Source: Lepidodermella squamata
Lineage: Eukaryota; Animalia; Gastrotricha
Length of the DNA stretch: 64,000 nucleotides
Direction of reading: 5' to 3'
Assembly: GCA_047495785.1 (NCBI GenBank)
Contig: JBLDXI010000021.1
Coordinates: forward strand, 372,001-436,000
A model generated the notes under the pieces. That model had not been told where the DNA came from. It worked only from the letters and a program-made list of their open reading frames with translations, and made no database searches. Both the position numbers and the translations under genes were made by a program. Positions 1-12,182 of this stretch are shown piece by piece (the first letter of the stretch is position 1; the number at the start of each line of letters is the position of its first letter).

Positions 1-883
1 GAATAAACGGCACATACCAGCTTTGTTGTACAAGTTGATCAACTTTAGATTTTTCGTTCAAAATCGTGAGAGATTTCAGGAACCAGGCTAGGAAATGCAT
101 TTCATTAAGGTCCATCTTTCGGCAATCGAAATTTTGAAGGAACGAAGTGAGAAATTTATTATTCTTGATTCCGCCAATGTAGTCTCGCAAATGCCGCTGG
201 ATAAAATCGTTTGATGCCTGCTTGCGATATTCCATGTGGGCAAATAAATTAGTCAGGTGAAACAACTGCTTCGGCCCGAGTAATTTACTGCTGGTGAGGC
301 GAAGTTTCAGAATCTGATTCATCGAGTTCTCAAGATCTTTGTCGTCGAACTCCTTCGATGGTGTCACACTCTGATCCTCTCGCCATTTTCTCAAAGCTGT
401 CTCGAAAAGATTTGGCGCTAATGCAAATTTCGATTGCGCCATTAATGGTCCGATATCGCAATAGCCGAGTTTAACGTAGGCCTCAGCTGTCAGAAGCTCG
501 AAGTTGTCAGTTTCTTCCTCGAAATATAGCGAATGGCCGTAAAACGAAAGAGCGGCGGCTTCTTCGAATCGCTTCGCCATCATATGACATTTTGCGGCCA
601 TATAAAGCTGATGCCGGCTGAAGTCACCAGCGATATTGCCAGCCTGGTATAAACTGTCCAGAGCTTCATCATAACGGCCGTCGAAGAAGGCTGATTCCGC
701 GGCAGCTTCAAGTTCTCGAATCTTTTCAAAGCGAGCAGTCTTATCAGTTCCGCCTGCGAGTCGTTTGCGAACTTTCGATTGAAACATTCCAACCGACTTC
801 CGATCTTTTAGTTGCAACAAAGCGTTGTAGACAGAAGCTGAACCAGGTTCAACTGACTCGCCGAAGATCGCAGCAAACGCCAT
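1..883 (-). CDS. TPR-like helical-repeat protein, partial (open to the window edge)
   Basis: Translated by hand: ATG at 883, then about 294 codons without a stop to base 1 (MAFAAIFGESVEPG...). It is missing from the ORF track because it runs off the edge. Segments AESAFFDGRYDEALDSLYQA and LYMAAKCHMMAKRFEEAAA resemble TPR helices. Confidence 0.6.
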   Translation of the reverse strand, partial: MAFAAIFGESVEPGSASVYNALLQLKDRKSVGMFQSKVRKRLAGGTDKTARFEKIRELEAAAESAFFDGRYDEALDSLYQAGNIAGDFSRHQLYMAAKCHMMAKRFEEAAALSFYGHSLYFEEETDNFELLTAEAYVKLGYCDIGPLMAQSKFALAPNLFETALRKWREDQSVTPSKEFDDKDLENSMNQILKLRLTSSKLLGPKQLFHLTNLFAHMEYRKQASNDFIQRHLRDYIGGIKNNKFLTSFLQNFDCRKMDLNEMHFLAWFLKSLTILNEKSKVDQLVQQSWYVPFI

Positions 884-1315
884 TAATCCCGTTTTAATTA
901 TTTCTAGTTCCAAATTAAGTACAAAATTAATGCCTTTTCACGAGAAACCGGTTGAAACACATAATATTATCAAAATGTACTTGTACTAATACAAGTTTAT
1001 TAATACCTTGTAACATTTATCTAATGCTAAGTATAGGCAAGGCAGATGCCAGATAACTTTCAAAGATTTAGAGTAAAATTTTTTCCAATCTGACTCTCTC
1101 TGTAACGTAATCGCCTTCAGTTCAAGCTCATCTACACGTGCGCGTACAAATATCTCGTCGGGAATGTGCGTCATCTCGCACATCACACATTTCGGCACGC
1201 AGCAACATCAAATAGTTTCATTTTCTAGCTCAATTTTCACTTTGAAATATTTAGCAATTCCGTTGTTAGCGAAATGTTGATTTTGTATCATCAAGTATGT
1301 AAATTTAGAGTAAAA

Positions 1316-2970
1316 ATGAAGTTTCTTTGAAGCTTTTGAGCAACGATGATGAGAAGGAAGAAGGAATAAGAATTTCGTGTGATTCTGAAATTCACCATGA
1401 CGACGGTTGCGTAGAGGCGCCTAACCGGGTGTCTAATTACTAATTACATTATTAATTAATTAATTGCAATATCAAGTTTTTATTTTTTACTACAACCAGG
1501 CTTTTCTAATGAAAAAGCAATCAAGAAACACGAGGATATCGCCGTTATTGACCCTTCTCTGCTCGAGACTCAAGCCCGAAATTCAATCTGGTCCAAGGCC
1601 AAATTTGGCGATTTACCGAAAATAGCTGAAGAATTTGCGAACCCGAACCTTCCGAAATCTTGCAAGAAATACATGACGGAACTGCCAGATAAATCCGACC
1701 TTGGCCGGAATATTCTCCACAAAGCAATTTTGGACGGCCGGCTGGATGTCGTCAAATATTTGATTGAAGAACAAAACTCTGATTTGAACTCGGGGTCAGA
1801 TGAAATTGGAATAGTGAAGCCATTTCATTCGGCTATGATGTCTGGCCATTTAGAAACTGTCAAAGATTTCCTCGAACTACAATCAGAACCCAGTGTCGAT
1901 ATTCTAACTTCAAGATTGAACATTACGCCATCAACAAATGCCGCTTTCTCAGGTTCTGTTGAAGTTCTGGAATACCTGGTTAAAGAAAAGAAAGCTTCGG
2001 TTCAAAAATTGCCGAAATCTTTCTGTGCGCCACTTCAAACAGCTTCAAGCAGCTGCGAAAAGTTGATACGGTCAAATTTTTACTCGAGCTCGGGGCAGAT
2101 TTGCGTGAAAATACAGGTGGCTTTCACAGGAACGCTTTCCAACGAGCTGTTGAAGATAACAGGCTGGAATTCGTCTTGATGGTGGAATTTGACCGGGAAA
2201 TCGTGAAAATTGAGGATGAGAATAGCGAAAGTTCGAAGCAAGAATCGGCGATTCATTTGGCTGTTCGATGTGGAAATCTTGAACTTGTTGAGTATTTGCT
2301 CAATATAAACCCGGATTTTTTGAACATGAGAAATGCGGAAATGACTCGCCTTTAACCCTGGCTCAACGTCTGAAACACGAAAAATCCAAATTTTTCCTCA
2401 AAATCTTCAATAAACGCGGAATTGTTGTATTATTGACTAGGTCTTCTCAATAAAAAATGGAAAGCTTCAATTGTATTATGGAAGAACTTGAACAGTTCAT
2501 TGGACAGGTAAAATTACCTGTAAAATTAATTCAATTATTTATGGCAATTTTCACTCATTTTCACTCGAAAACACGTTCTTCGAAATGTAGGTAGAAAAAT
2601 GGTGCTGACTTTCACACTCGCAATTTGCATGACAATGAAAACATGACTATTCATTATGCTGCGATGGGTGGATACAGAGATGTCGTCCAATATTTGTTGA
2701 AGGAAAAGCCCGAACTCGTATTAGGAATGCGTAACGCTAAAGGCGAAACGGCATCCGCTCTACAGGGTGGCCAAAAAATTCCAAGAAATTCGATGCGCAT
2801 CATTTTAATGAGGAGTTTCAAGAAATTGAGAAGTTTCATTGGCAAAAAAAGGCTTGAAATTCTTTAACTTCTTAAAACTCCTCGTTAAATTGATGCGCAG
2901 CGAATTCCCGCTCTGCGGAATTTTTTGGCCACCCTGTACTGGCGAAAAAGTTGGACATGAAATTATGACT
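1316..2970 (+). pseudogene. Ankyrin-repeat gene broken by frameshifts/stops and a MITE insertion
   Basis: Ankyrin consensus fragments occur in different frames: GRNILHKAILDGRLDVVKYLIE (1673 ORF), SAIHLAVRCGNLELVEYLL (2101 ORF), TIHYAAMGGYRDVVQYLL (2625 ORF). The last repeat is interrupted by the element at 2763-2936. Boundaries are approximate. Confidence 0.7.
2763..2936. mobile_element. Tc1/mariner-type MITE, copy 1
   Basis: Terminal inverted repeats CAGGGTGGCCAAAAAATTCC / GGAATTTTTTGGCCACCCTG, internal inverted repeat (GATGCGCATCATTTTAATGAGGAG) and TA on both flanks (2761-2762, 2937-2938). Confidence 0.9.
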
Positions 2971-3580
2971 GAACCGTATCACCTCTACTTCCTGTCTGAT
3001 TTTCATTTATTAAACATTAAAACTTCAAGTGTGGATTTACAAATTGCTCAACGTAGAAGCTTGCAAGGCCAAAGCAATAACCCCGCTGAACTTTAGTCTT
3101 CCCGCCTTTACTCTTTGAAATAGCGGCGAATACGGACATTTTAACATGCATCAAGCATTGTGCGCACTTGATTACCATAAAAAATGTCATTACTCTGCTC
3201 ATAGATAAAGCTTTATCTATGATGATTTTGCTTCTATCGTCGTAATAAATATTCATATTCATTCATATTTCGGTAAACTTTTCATCCTCCCCTGTGTTTT
3301 TTCTGTCTAATAATGCACTATAGCACATCACATGACTGGGCTAATATATATCGCGCATTATTTGATTTTATTGTCAGCTGCATGAAAGGTAGAATATTGA
3401 TTTTGCATAGGTACATGATGCATACTACTCGCCGCCACTATCACCAGGCTACTAACATATAGCGAAATCGGACGATCATTCGAGTTCAGATAAAAGCAAA
3501 ACGCGCGTCTGGTTCATTTCCCAAATTTATAATCGCTATACAGTGACTACAGTTTCTCAATCTCTATTTACCAATATTAA

Positions 3581-5175
3581 ATGTTAGTGCGATACGAGAA
3601 TGCTTTGAACAGCCGAATTTCTAACCTGGTTGATGCCGCGACTTTGCAAAAAATTCATGAGTCGGCCTGCCTTGGCGATAGGTCTGTGCTGGAGCGAATG
3701 CTGCGATCGATATCCTCCTCCTCATCAGATCACAGAATGATATTGGAACACCGGGATGCTAATGACTATCATCGAACGTGTTTTGTTCAAGCGGCAAAGA
3801 ATGGTCATCTCGAGTTGATTAAATACCTTCACAGAGACTTCAAGTTGACTTTCTTTCATCGGGAACAAACTGACAGGCAGTCCTTAGCCATTCATCTGGC
3901 GGCTGACAACGGGCATATAGGTGTCGTGGATTACATAACGTCTAACGAGAGTGAGCAGTTTGAAACAGATGACGCGAAGCAAAACAATATTCTTGGTCGG
4001 GCAATACTAGCTGGACAGGAAGAAATGGTCCGATTTATATTGGACAATCATTGCTATGAAATGGATAGAACGAATCGTGATGGCGATTCGTATCTCATGA
4101 TAGCATGCAGGGAAGGTTCCCTGCCAATCGTCAAGTTGCTGATGAAATACAAATCCGATGTCTTCCAAAAGAACAAAAGGGATCATGGCTACACTGCTAT
4201 GCATTACGCGGCTTTGGGTGGATTCACAGATATTGTCGCTTTCCTGGTCAGCGAGAACTCAGATGCTGCAGAGAATCTAAATTAATAACTTTTCCGCTGT
4301 GCGCCCATTCGCACTTGAGACAAATAAAAACATATGAAGTATTGTTGCTTGACTTCACTGTGCAACTTGGTGACTATCGACTTGAAACCTTGATGAGTCA
4401 CCATGCAGTTGCCAAACCTCAACGCCAAAGGTAATTTCCACAAACGACCTCTCATTACTCATCGATTGAGAGCTTTCGTGGATTGTGGGTCCCTTTTGTG
4501 GGTAAACACCAATGAAACTACAGCTTGCAGCTCGAACATTTTGAATTGAGATAGACAAAGTCTTTTTGTGGTAAAAGGATTTCAATTTGAACTGAGAAAA
4601 ATACTATAGAGACTTACATGCGAAGCGCTGTTCCAGTTAGAAGATAGTGTAGAAGATTCAGTTCAGTTCTGGCCATGGCCTCTGGTTGGTAATCCGCCAA
4701 AACGCAATCGGCCTATGAAACAAGCGCATTCATAAACGCGTCTCAGTTCTTCGATTCGCTTGAAACGAATACAACGCCTGGAATTTATGGGGCAACTCTG
4801 AATCTTCTCGATGTTCATGTTCAGCGATAACATTCAGTTACGAAATCTTGAAACACTATTAAATGAAGTAATTCGGAATGTCTATTTTCAATATTATACC
4901 TTTAATTCATCGAAGAACGCTCATATTCATTTCCTTTTTAGGTTCTGGAGACGTGTTATGAAAAGATTTAGCGATAATCGTTTCAAATCGTCACATGTTA
5001 GTCTTCTATCTGGCGTCGTGCTGTCGATCAAATCTCGCTAATCGGCTGAGCCTCAAAATTGGCCCAGGCGCTGCTTTAGCCGCTAAGCTCAATCCAAAAC
5101 TGCGTGCTGAAGCTGAAGCTTTCAGCTGCCAACTTTTTTGCATTCCTTTGTCGAAACTTTCATGAAACACTTTAA
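3581..5175 (+). CDS. Ankyrin-repeat protein; intact to 4285, apparent frameshifted C-terminal continuation
   Basis: The 234-aa ORF has about 6 ankyrin repeats (AIHLAADNGHIGVVDYI, GDSYLMIACREGSLPIVKLLM, GYTAMHYAALGGFTDIVAFLV). Downstream sequence looks coding and has a GT-AG intron near 4868-4941, but it is frameshifted, so the 3' boundary is uncertain. Confidence 0.6.
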
Positions 5176-5288
5176 TACCGCATTTTATTGAAACTCGAAA
5201 GCTCGGTGAACAAAATTTGTATCGTTAATGATTGCATTTTTACAGCTATATGCAATATATCTATGCAATGCAATGCTGTACCTTTTGT

Positions 5289-6439
5289 ATGGAGAATGGC
5301 CATAATCCTGTGTACGCCCGTGGCAATAAGACTCAATCTGAAAGCCAATCTCTCCTTCTCACGATTCTCACCACGACGAAGCAGTGAGCAACGGTAACGG
5401 AAACGGTCTTCACGGTAACGGCCACAGCTACTTGCGAAAGGCTGGTAGATCCCCGTCGACATTCAACTGCTGCTGTTTTGTCGTCGCTTTTCTTCTCATT
5501 GTCGACGATGCCTTGTATTTCCTATTCTTTCAGCCACAGCCAGGTTTGTTAAAATTAAACATTTGATGTCGCGAATTCCGCGCCGTTTGAAGTACCACTT
5601 GGAAGCTCGATTTGTTTAATTCATGTTTAATGGTTAGAATATACGGTTGAGCGTCATAATGTCGATGGCGCCGGGGCCCCAGCACTTCAACGATGCGCAG
5701 GAGAAAGTAGAAGTTACAGAAGGCTACGTCACGATCAGCGTCGAGAAAGTTTGCGGATTAATTTTTTTAATTGCTTAGCACTTGATCGATCTGCAGAACC
5801 TGCACGCACATGCTCTTTTCGCGCTTCCTCCCAGCAAAGCGGATGGTCGCTATGCCGTTCTCTTTCTCCATGGCGCCGCGTTCACCTCGGAAATTTGGCG
5901 GCAGATTGGTTCGCTGAAACTTGTTGCCGCGCTTGGTCTCCGCGCAATCGCTATCGACCTGCCCGGGCGCGGCAAAACGCCGGCTGAAAGTGATGTCCCT
6001 AGTTTTGTCGCTGACGTTGTGAAAGCACTTAAATTGGACCGCCCTGTTATATTGTCACACCCTCAAAATCAGGCACTTATGCAATGCATTATGTCACGAT
6101 GCCAGACCCAGATACGGCAGAGGACAGAATTCGCGGCTTTGTGCCAATCGCCCCGGTTGGCACGGGTGCCTACCACCCCGGCGATTTGAATAGAATGAGT
6201 GTTCCGACTATGATTTTAATGGGGGAGAAGGATTATGACCTCCGCCGCCACGCTACCGGCGACTTGAGGGCTATATGTCCAATGCTGAGCCTTTGATTAT
6301 AATGGGCGCTGGTCATGCGTGTTATGTTGAGAAGCCGGACGTCTTCCACCGCTTCCTCTACAATTTCCTAGCTAATATCGACCCGGCTATTGTTGAGCCC
6401 GCATCTCAGCCTCCGGTGATTCGTCCGACGGAGGGTTAA
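5289..6439 (+). CDS. ABHD14: ABHD14-like alpha/beta hydrolase (probable N-terminal membrane anchor), with several 1-nt frameshifts
   Basis: Motifs VLFLHGAAFTSEIW and AIAIDLPGRGKT, nucleophile region (I)VTPSKSG after a frameshift near 6048, RGFVPIAPVGT, VPTMILMGEKD, and GAGHACYVEKPDVFH after a frameshift near 6270. Intron at 5749-5796, stop TAA at 6437-6439. An upstream hydrophobic exon (FVVAFLLIV...YFLFF) resembles ABHD14A. Confidence 0.75.
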
Positions 6440-7300
6440 ATTTTGTCCCATTTTCATTCCGTACATTGGCAATAAAACCGAACTTGAGATCTTGAGAACA
6501 CCAGTCGTCAAGTTTTACGATTTTGCGGAAACACCTAACATTGAACAGTTCCGTATTTATTTGGCTTTTGATTTATGGACAACATTTTGATTCTCTTTTT
6601 TGAATAAAACTGCTTATTAATTGCAAAGAGTTTAACAAATCTATGGCTTAATTTGATTTCCGGCGTTTTTTGTTTTATTAAACTGATTCATGTGTCTCAC
6701 TCCACTCTAATTTTGTCAGGAAATCGAAGCAGATTAGGCAGCAGTTGGCAGTAATATACCAGAAAGTGCGGACTAATTTAATGAAAGCTGCGGGAAGTAA
6801 TCAATAAATTTAATCGCCACGTCAAGAGGCTGCATGTTCCTTCAAGTGGGCTGAGTGATTCACATTTGTAATCCCAGAGACGCCTCCGTAGCGAAGCCAG
6901 CCATCTTACATAGAGCCACTCATACTATAAGCGGCCGTAGCGGACTTCTTTGCTTACTATCAAGATATTTTCAGTAAGCTGTAATTCCCTGACTTTTGGA
7001 TAGTCTTCGCAGGATGTGTAATTGATACAAACAATCTCCGTTGAAATGGCGCGTTGCGAAACTGCACAAGGCAATTAAAACTGCCCACCTACTCCTTGCT
7101 CTTGCGGATGCGACGCAGGCAAGGCCGTGATCAGGGTTTCTTATTTCTTCTATTGTTTCACACCTAACTTTCAATCGACGCATTTTCCGCCTTGATGCAA
7201 AAACAACCCCGCGACTAATACAAATACCTCGTGCTTACGCAGCAGTGTGAAATTAAATTTCTAGGTGATTCGTCATTAAATTTTACTTGAACCTGCGAAG

Positions 7301-7706
7301 ATGGTCAGCCAAGCGTCAAGGACTGCTTTCTCGTGCCTGATTGTACTTCCAATTTTATTATCTATCACAATTGATGCCGCCTCGATCGTCGACAGCATTA
7401 CAACGAAGTAAATACTTCCATTTACAGAAGGTTAATATCTTATACGATGTAACGTTTAGGCAATGTAAAAGCTTATGCCAACCATCAGCTGTCAAACGAG
7501 CCACTCCGTCACCACTATCTGATATGAAGCCGCCAAAAGCTAAGAATATATCCGTTTGCATGGATAAATGTGCCTGTTCGGCTTTCTGCGTTCTACTCGA
7601 GGCTGATACCGAATTTCCTTACGATGATTGTTACGTGAAATGTGTCAAAGCGAAACCAAATTCAGCGACAAGCTACGAGAGCTTTGTGGAAAGGTTCTTG
7701 GCATGA
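7301..7706 (+). CDS. Small secreted Cys-rich protein with one frameshift; paralog of 8973-9363
   Basis: ATG 7301 gives the signal peptide MVSQASRTAFSCLIVLPILLSITIDA. A +1 shift near 7405 joins it to CKSLCQP...CMDKCACSAFC...PYDDCYVKC, the same 8-Cys pattern as the paralog. Confidence 0.6.
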
Positions 7707-8044
7707 GGACAGAGTAATAAGTTTTAGTTCAATAAGTCACTTGCAATCTCTCGCTTTTCAAATCGTTATTCTACGTCGCCATCGGTGAACTATATATTTT
7801 TATCACTTTTGAAACCAGCGCACATAAATTTCCAATGATTAACGGGGGACATTTGGGACAATAAAACGTTTGTTATAGAACACTCATCACTTTATTTTGA
7901 TTCACATTAATCATAATATGATTAGTGCTGCCTAGAAACTCTAATTTTTCAAATGAAGGAACCCATGAACGACACGTTCTTACATCTAGGCAGCGCTATA
8001 ACCAATCGTGTGGCATGTTAATTATTGTGAGCATTGTTTGTTAA

Positions 8045-8524
8045 TCAGGCGATCAGAAATTTGCATACATTGTTGAAAAGAATACCTTCATTCATGATGT
8101 TTTTCATTAGCTTGACGAGCAAGGCCGGTTTCATCTCGTCGGCCGCAGCCATCTTCTTGAGTAAATTTGCCTTCAGGCACATTGTATCACGTTTGGAATG
8201 ACAGCGCTTGACCAGTTCGAATGAAGACAGAGAAGATTGCGACATGCTTTGATTCTTGTTCACTGTTCGGCAGTAGAATTTTCGGAAGAAGTTTGCTGTT
8301 TTGATAGCGTTAGTGACGTAGCGGTTTCTGGTTAAGGGTGATGAAGTCCTCATAAGAGAATAGGACTCGTCTCGCTCATCTATCTCTTCGCTGCCTTCAC
8401 CAAGAAAGGGCTCGATTCCAGCAAAAAATTCATTGTCTGAGTCTTCATTAGCCAGACAGAATGTTACAATGATAGTCAAATGCATGGAAAAAATGAGGCA
8501 ACAAATATTTCGGCAGAGTGTCAT
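8045..8524 (-). CDS. Secreted protein with acidic pro-region and basic Cys-containing C-terminus
   Basis: 159-aa ORF with a hydrophobic signal peptide, an acidic stretch (EDSDNE...EEIDERDE) and a basic helical C-terminal part with 4 Cys and KR sites. Confidence 0.65.
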   Translation of the reverse strand: MTLCRNICCLIFSMHLTIIVTFCLANEDSDNEFFAGIEPFLGEGSEEIDERDESYSLMRTSSPLTRNRYVTNAIKTANFFRKFYCRTVNKNQSMSQSSLSSFELVKRCHSKRDTMCLKANLLKKMAAADEMKPALLVKLMKNIMNEGILFNNVCKFLIA

Positions 8525-8972
8525 GTTTGTGATCGAGTTCTGTTGAAATTGAAATTATGAAAAACTGGAACGATTTTTGTAGCTTTCATAGTCATTTTCT
8601 CACTCAGCAAGACATTTTGATCTTCAAACCACTCTTCGCCGCGCCCCATCCCGCAGGGTATCTCGTTTTGTGGAATTGACCTGATTTATTCCTCTCTGTT
8701 CAACAGTTCAACATGTGGGTGCACGATAATTGCATCCGCTTAGCGCTTCCTGCAAGCATGCGGTTTCCGCTGCGTGAGTGCGAAGAATCAAACGGTTGGG
8801 TATTAATTTTTAACCAATGAATAAACGATGTGAGGATCAACTGAGCCTGCTGTGAATATATTATGAAAATAACGCGGACTTTACTTCTAGTTTCTGTTCC
8901 TCTGATTTTAAAAGAACGAACAGGAGTGAAACATGCATATCTAAAATGACGAATAACACATTTCTTCTGAAC

Positions 8973-9365
8973 TTAATAATATTCCTCGTCAGGGTTATCC
9001 ATTACGTTAAGGCTAGGCTCAGTGGCTGTGCATGCGTCATAGCACTCTGAATAAGGAACTGTTAGAGCTCCTTTATCCTGCTGAACAAGACAGCTCATCG
9101 AGCACAAGCAGCCATCAACACAGGCCAAATAAGATGATCCACCCAGGAAATAGTGGAGCGGATAAGTCTTCATAGATCGCGGCTGACAGAACTGGCCACA
9201 GTGCCTTAGAGAACGATTGAAGTTAAATTCAACTGAAACTTTGAAGGTTTTCAAAACATACCTCGCGGTGTATGAGTCAATGTTTTCGCCTGCGAAAACA
9301 GGCTCGCCAGCAGCAGAAAAAGTCTCAAACGAGGCCAAGATTAGGATGATAGCTGCTGCTATCAT
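8973..9365 (-). CDS. Small secreted Cys-rich protein
   Basis: Signal peptide MIAAAIILILASFETFSAAG and pattern CGQFCQP...CVDGCLCSMSC...PYSECYDAC, shared with 7301-7706. Confidence 0.7.
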   Translation of the reverse strand: MIAAAIILILASFETFSAAGEPVFAGENIDSYTARYVLKTFKVSVEFNFNRSLRHCGQFCQPRSMKTYPLHYFLGGSSYLACVDGCLCSMSCLVQQDKGALTVPYSECYDACTATEPSLNVMDNPDEEYY

Positions 9366-10375
9366 TTTCTGATAAAAAAATAAACCTAAATTGCGGAGGA
9401 AACACCTAGGCAATTATAATGCGGATACTAATGAGTCTGGGCCCATATTTTTCGAATCACAGGGGATTTACAGCGTTTTAATGGAACGTATACAAATAAT
9501 TTTGATTTCCACGATACTTTATCATCGGTTACCTTATCCAATTGTCACTAAGTTGGAAATGATCTGCATGCTTACATCACGGTCAAGCACTTTTTAGAAA
9601 TAGTTAGACATTTATTAATAACGGGCGATGGCAACTATAATTACCCAAATTGTTGCGTGTTGAACGATGAAAAACGTGGTGTACATGGCGTGAACAAAAC
9701 ACGTAAAGTGATTGATTGTTTTTCGAACTTTGTCGTAAAAGTTGGCAGCCATAGAACACCACGCTGCAATTACATTCGATTGATTTAGCAGATATTATTA
9801 GAGAGACCGCCGCGCTGTCCTCCCCTAGCTTAATTTGTTATATGACTCCGGTCATTAATTTTACGCTGATTGAATATAATACGCGCATTCAGGCGAACGA
9901 TGACGCGTGTTGATGAAATCATATTTTGTTTTTCATTACGGCAGCGTAAGGTTTCGTTTTTTGACGATTTGTTTATTATTAACCAGTCATGTGGTCATAT
10001 AGCCATGAAAATATTTGCTGCGCATTCTTGAATTACCAACAGAGCAGATTATTCAATCAATAAAAAAAGAGTATTCATGTTAAAAATTAGGTCACAAGTC
10101 CTGCGACCTGATCGAAATAACTGTCAGGTAGCCAGGCTGACAGCTTATCATTTCGAAAAAATGAACTCTGACCGTGGATGTCATATCATAGCGACGGTTT
10201 TCAGCATAAAAATGCCGGCGACAGTTTGTGATAAGGCAAACAAACAAGCCCTACGTACGAGTACAGAGTTAGAATACAGACTTAGAAATGCTTCGAAGAA
10301 ATTTTAACAATGAATCTTTGCTGACGTAACAACTGCGTTTCAATAAGGAAATTTGTAACTTGCTTTAGTGATTAA

Positions 10376-12007
10376 ATGTACAGTAAAGATTGGTCATCCG
10401 CGCCAGATGACGGTCGTCGTAGTCGTGAAATGAGTGCAAACTACGACAGGAGCATGTCTTTAACTAGGAGAATCGCCGCTGAAGCTCAAAATCGACCCTG
10501 GCACAAGATTTCAGCAGTACTCGGTCGGGTTGAAATTCCACTTTTCCTCTACTTTTTCGCCTCTGGAATATTTTCGGAAGCCCAACAGCGGATTATCGAT
10601 GGGAGAATTTGCTTGTATCAGTATAAATCGCCCTCGATATGCGAACACATCTCTGACGAACCGGCCTTAGCGCTGAACAAAGCTGCAGTCCAGCGAGATG
10701 TTCAAGAGTTCACGTTGTTAACCGGTCTGTTCTCGAACCTGCCAATGATAATTATCGCTGTAACTCACGGATCATGGTGCGATCGAATCGGTCACAAAGT
10801 TTCCCTCATTTTCCCTCATGCTGGGGATGCAGTGCTGGGATTCCTGTATCTTCTATTTCTAAAAGCCCCGGTTGATATCATTAATCCAGTGTATTTCGGT
10901 GTGACCTCGGTCATCTCAGGGCTAACTGGATCTTGGGCTGTAATAATGATGGCATGCTCGTCCCACGCGATGTTGTCGACACCTCATCCTAACCGGTTAT
11001 TCCGAATCGCCCTGATTTCCGCCTCTATCACCGCGGGACAAATCGCTGCGTATGCCATGAATTATTTAGTGCTTAGATACAACGCCTTTCCTTTCGCCTT
11101 CGTCCTCCAAATAGCCATCCATCTTTACGCGATTACTCATGTTGCCTGCCACGTTCAAGAGGTTCATTCCAAAGAAGAGGTTGACGCGAATAGGATCCGG
11201 TTGGCTGGTGGTTCGCATTTGAAGAACATTTGCATGCCGAAAGAAAACTTCCCCGCCGTTTTCAGCATATTTTTTGGCAAATCTGAAGATCCAAGGGAGA
11301 ACGAGGCAAAACGCTATAAGCGAATCATGTTGGTCACATTCGCGATATCGTCATGTCTCATTGGCTTCAAGTCCCTTCTAACCGTGATAGAAAATTTCAT
11401 GACCCTTCCGCCTATATCGATGCCACAGACGGAATATGTCCTCTTCATGGCAGCTTGTTCTTTGTCTCTGACCTTCGCTCTAGCTGTTTTAATCCATTTG
11501 TTCCACTCTTCTCTATTCAACAACTTCTTTCGATACACTGATGCTGGTATAGCGGTGATATCATTAACCACCCGAATGCTAGCAATGCTGACACTTGGGT
11601 TTGGCGATATCTTGCCGAATGTAGCTCCTTGGCTGTATTGTGCTCTCCATATGTTCAGCCTTTATCCATTGGCTGCGCTAGGAGCTGGAATGTCCAAATT
11701 GACGGAGGATAGTAAGCAGGGTCGTCTATTCGCAGTTCTATGCCAATTTGAGAATTTCTGTCAAACCGGTGCTGCATTCGGCTTCAACGCGCTTTTTGCG
11801 ATTTTCGCGAAGGAACATGTTGGTCCGTTGGACAGTAACACTACTCACTTCATCCACGGCTACATATTCATCTTTTCTGCTGGATTAACTCTTTTACCGC
11901 TTATGGCAGTCATTTGGCTTGGCAGAAAGCCGATCAACAACTGGAGTTTCCAGAAGAGCGTCCCCAGCGTTTACGGCTACATGGAAGAAGCACCCGAAAT
12001 TAACTAG
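10376..12007 (+). CDS. MFS transporter, SLC46 (PCFT-like) family, intronless
   Basis: 543 aa with about 12 hydrophobic segments, VEIPLFLY in TM1, a Cys pair in the first loop, GSWCDRIGHK (MFS motif A variant) and SKL...QGRLFA. Confidence 0.85.
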   Translation: MYSKDWSSAPDDGRRSREMSANYDRSMSLTRRIAAEAQNRPWHKISAVLGRVEIPLFLYFFASGIFSEAQQRIIDGRICLYQYKSPSICEHISDEPALALNKAAVQRDVQEFTLLTGLFSNLPMIIIAVTHGSWCDRIGHKVSLIFPHAGDAVLGFLYLLFLKAPVDIINPVYFGVTSVISGLTGSWAVIMMACSSHAMLSTPHPNRLFRIALISASITAGQIAAYAMNYLVLRYNAFPFAFVLQIAIHLYAITHVACHVQEVHSKEEVDANRIRLAGGSHLKNICMPKENFPAVFSIFFGKSEDPRENEAKRYKRIMLVTFAISSCLIGFKSLLTVIENFMTLPPISMPQTEYVLFMAACSLSLTFALAVLIHLFHSSLFNNFFRYTDAGIAVISLTTRMLAMLTLGFGDILPNVAPWLYCALHMFSLYPLAALGAGMSKLTEDSKQGRLFAVLCQFENFCQTGAAFGFNALFAIFAKEHVGPLDSNTTHFIHGYIFIFSAGLTLLPLMAVIWLGRKPINNWSFQKSVPSVYGYMEEAPEIN

Positions 12008-12182
12008 ATTTTTAGAATTGTAATCAATTTCAATAAACTATTTCTGCATTTACGATTAAAGCAAACTCTTGTCTTTTTGCTATGACGTCATACAACATTT
12101 TATCATTTGCCGGCGGGTTTTTATCTTTAACGGTTTCAAGGCCAACAATTATCCTGTCTAATAGTGGAGCTTTTACAGAATC

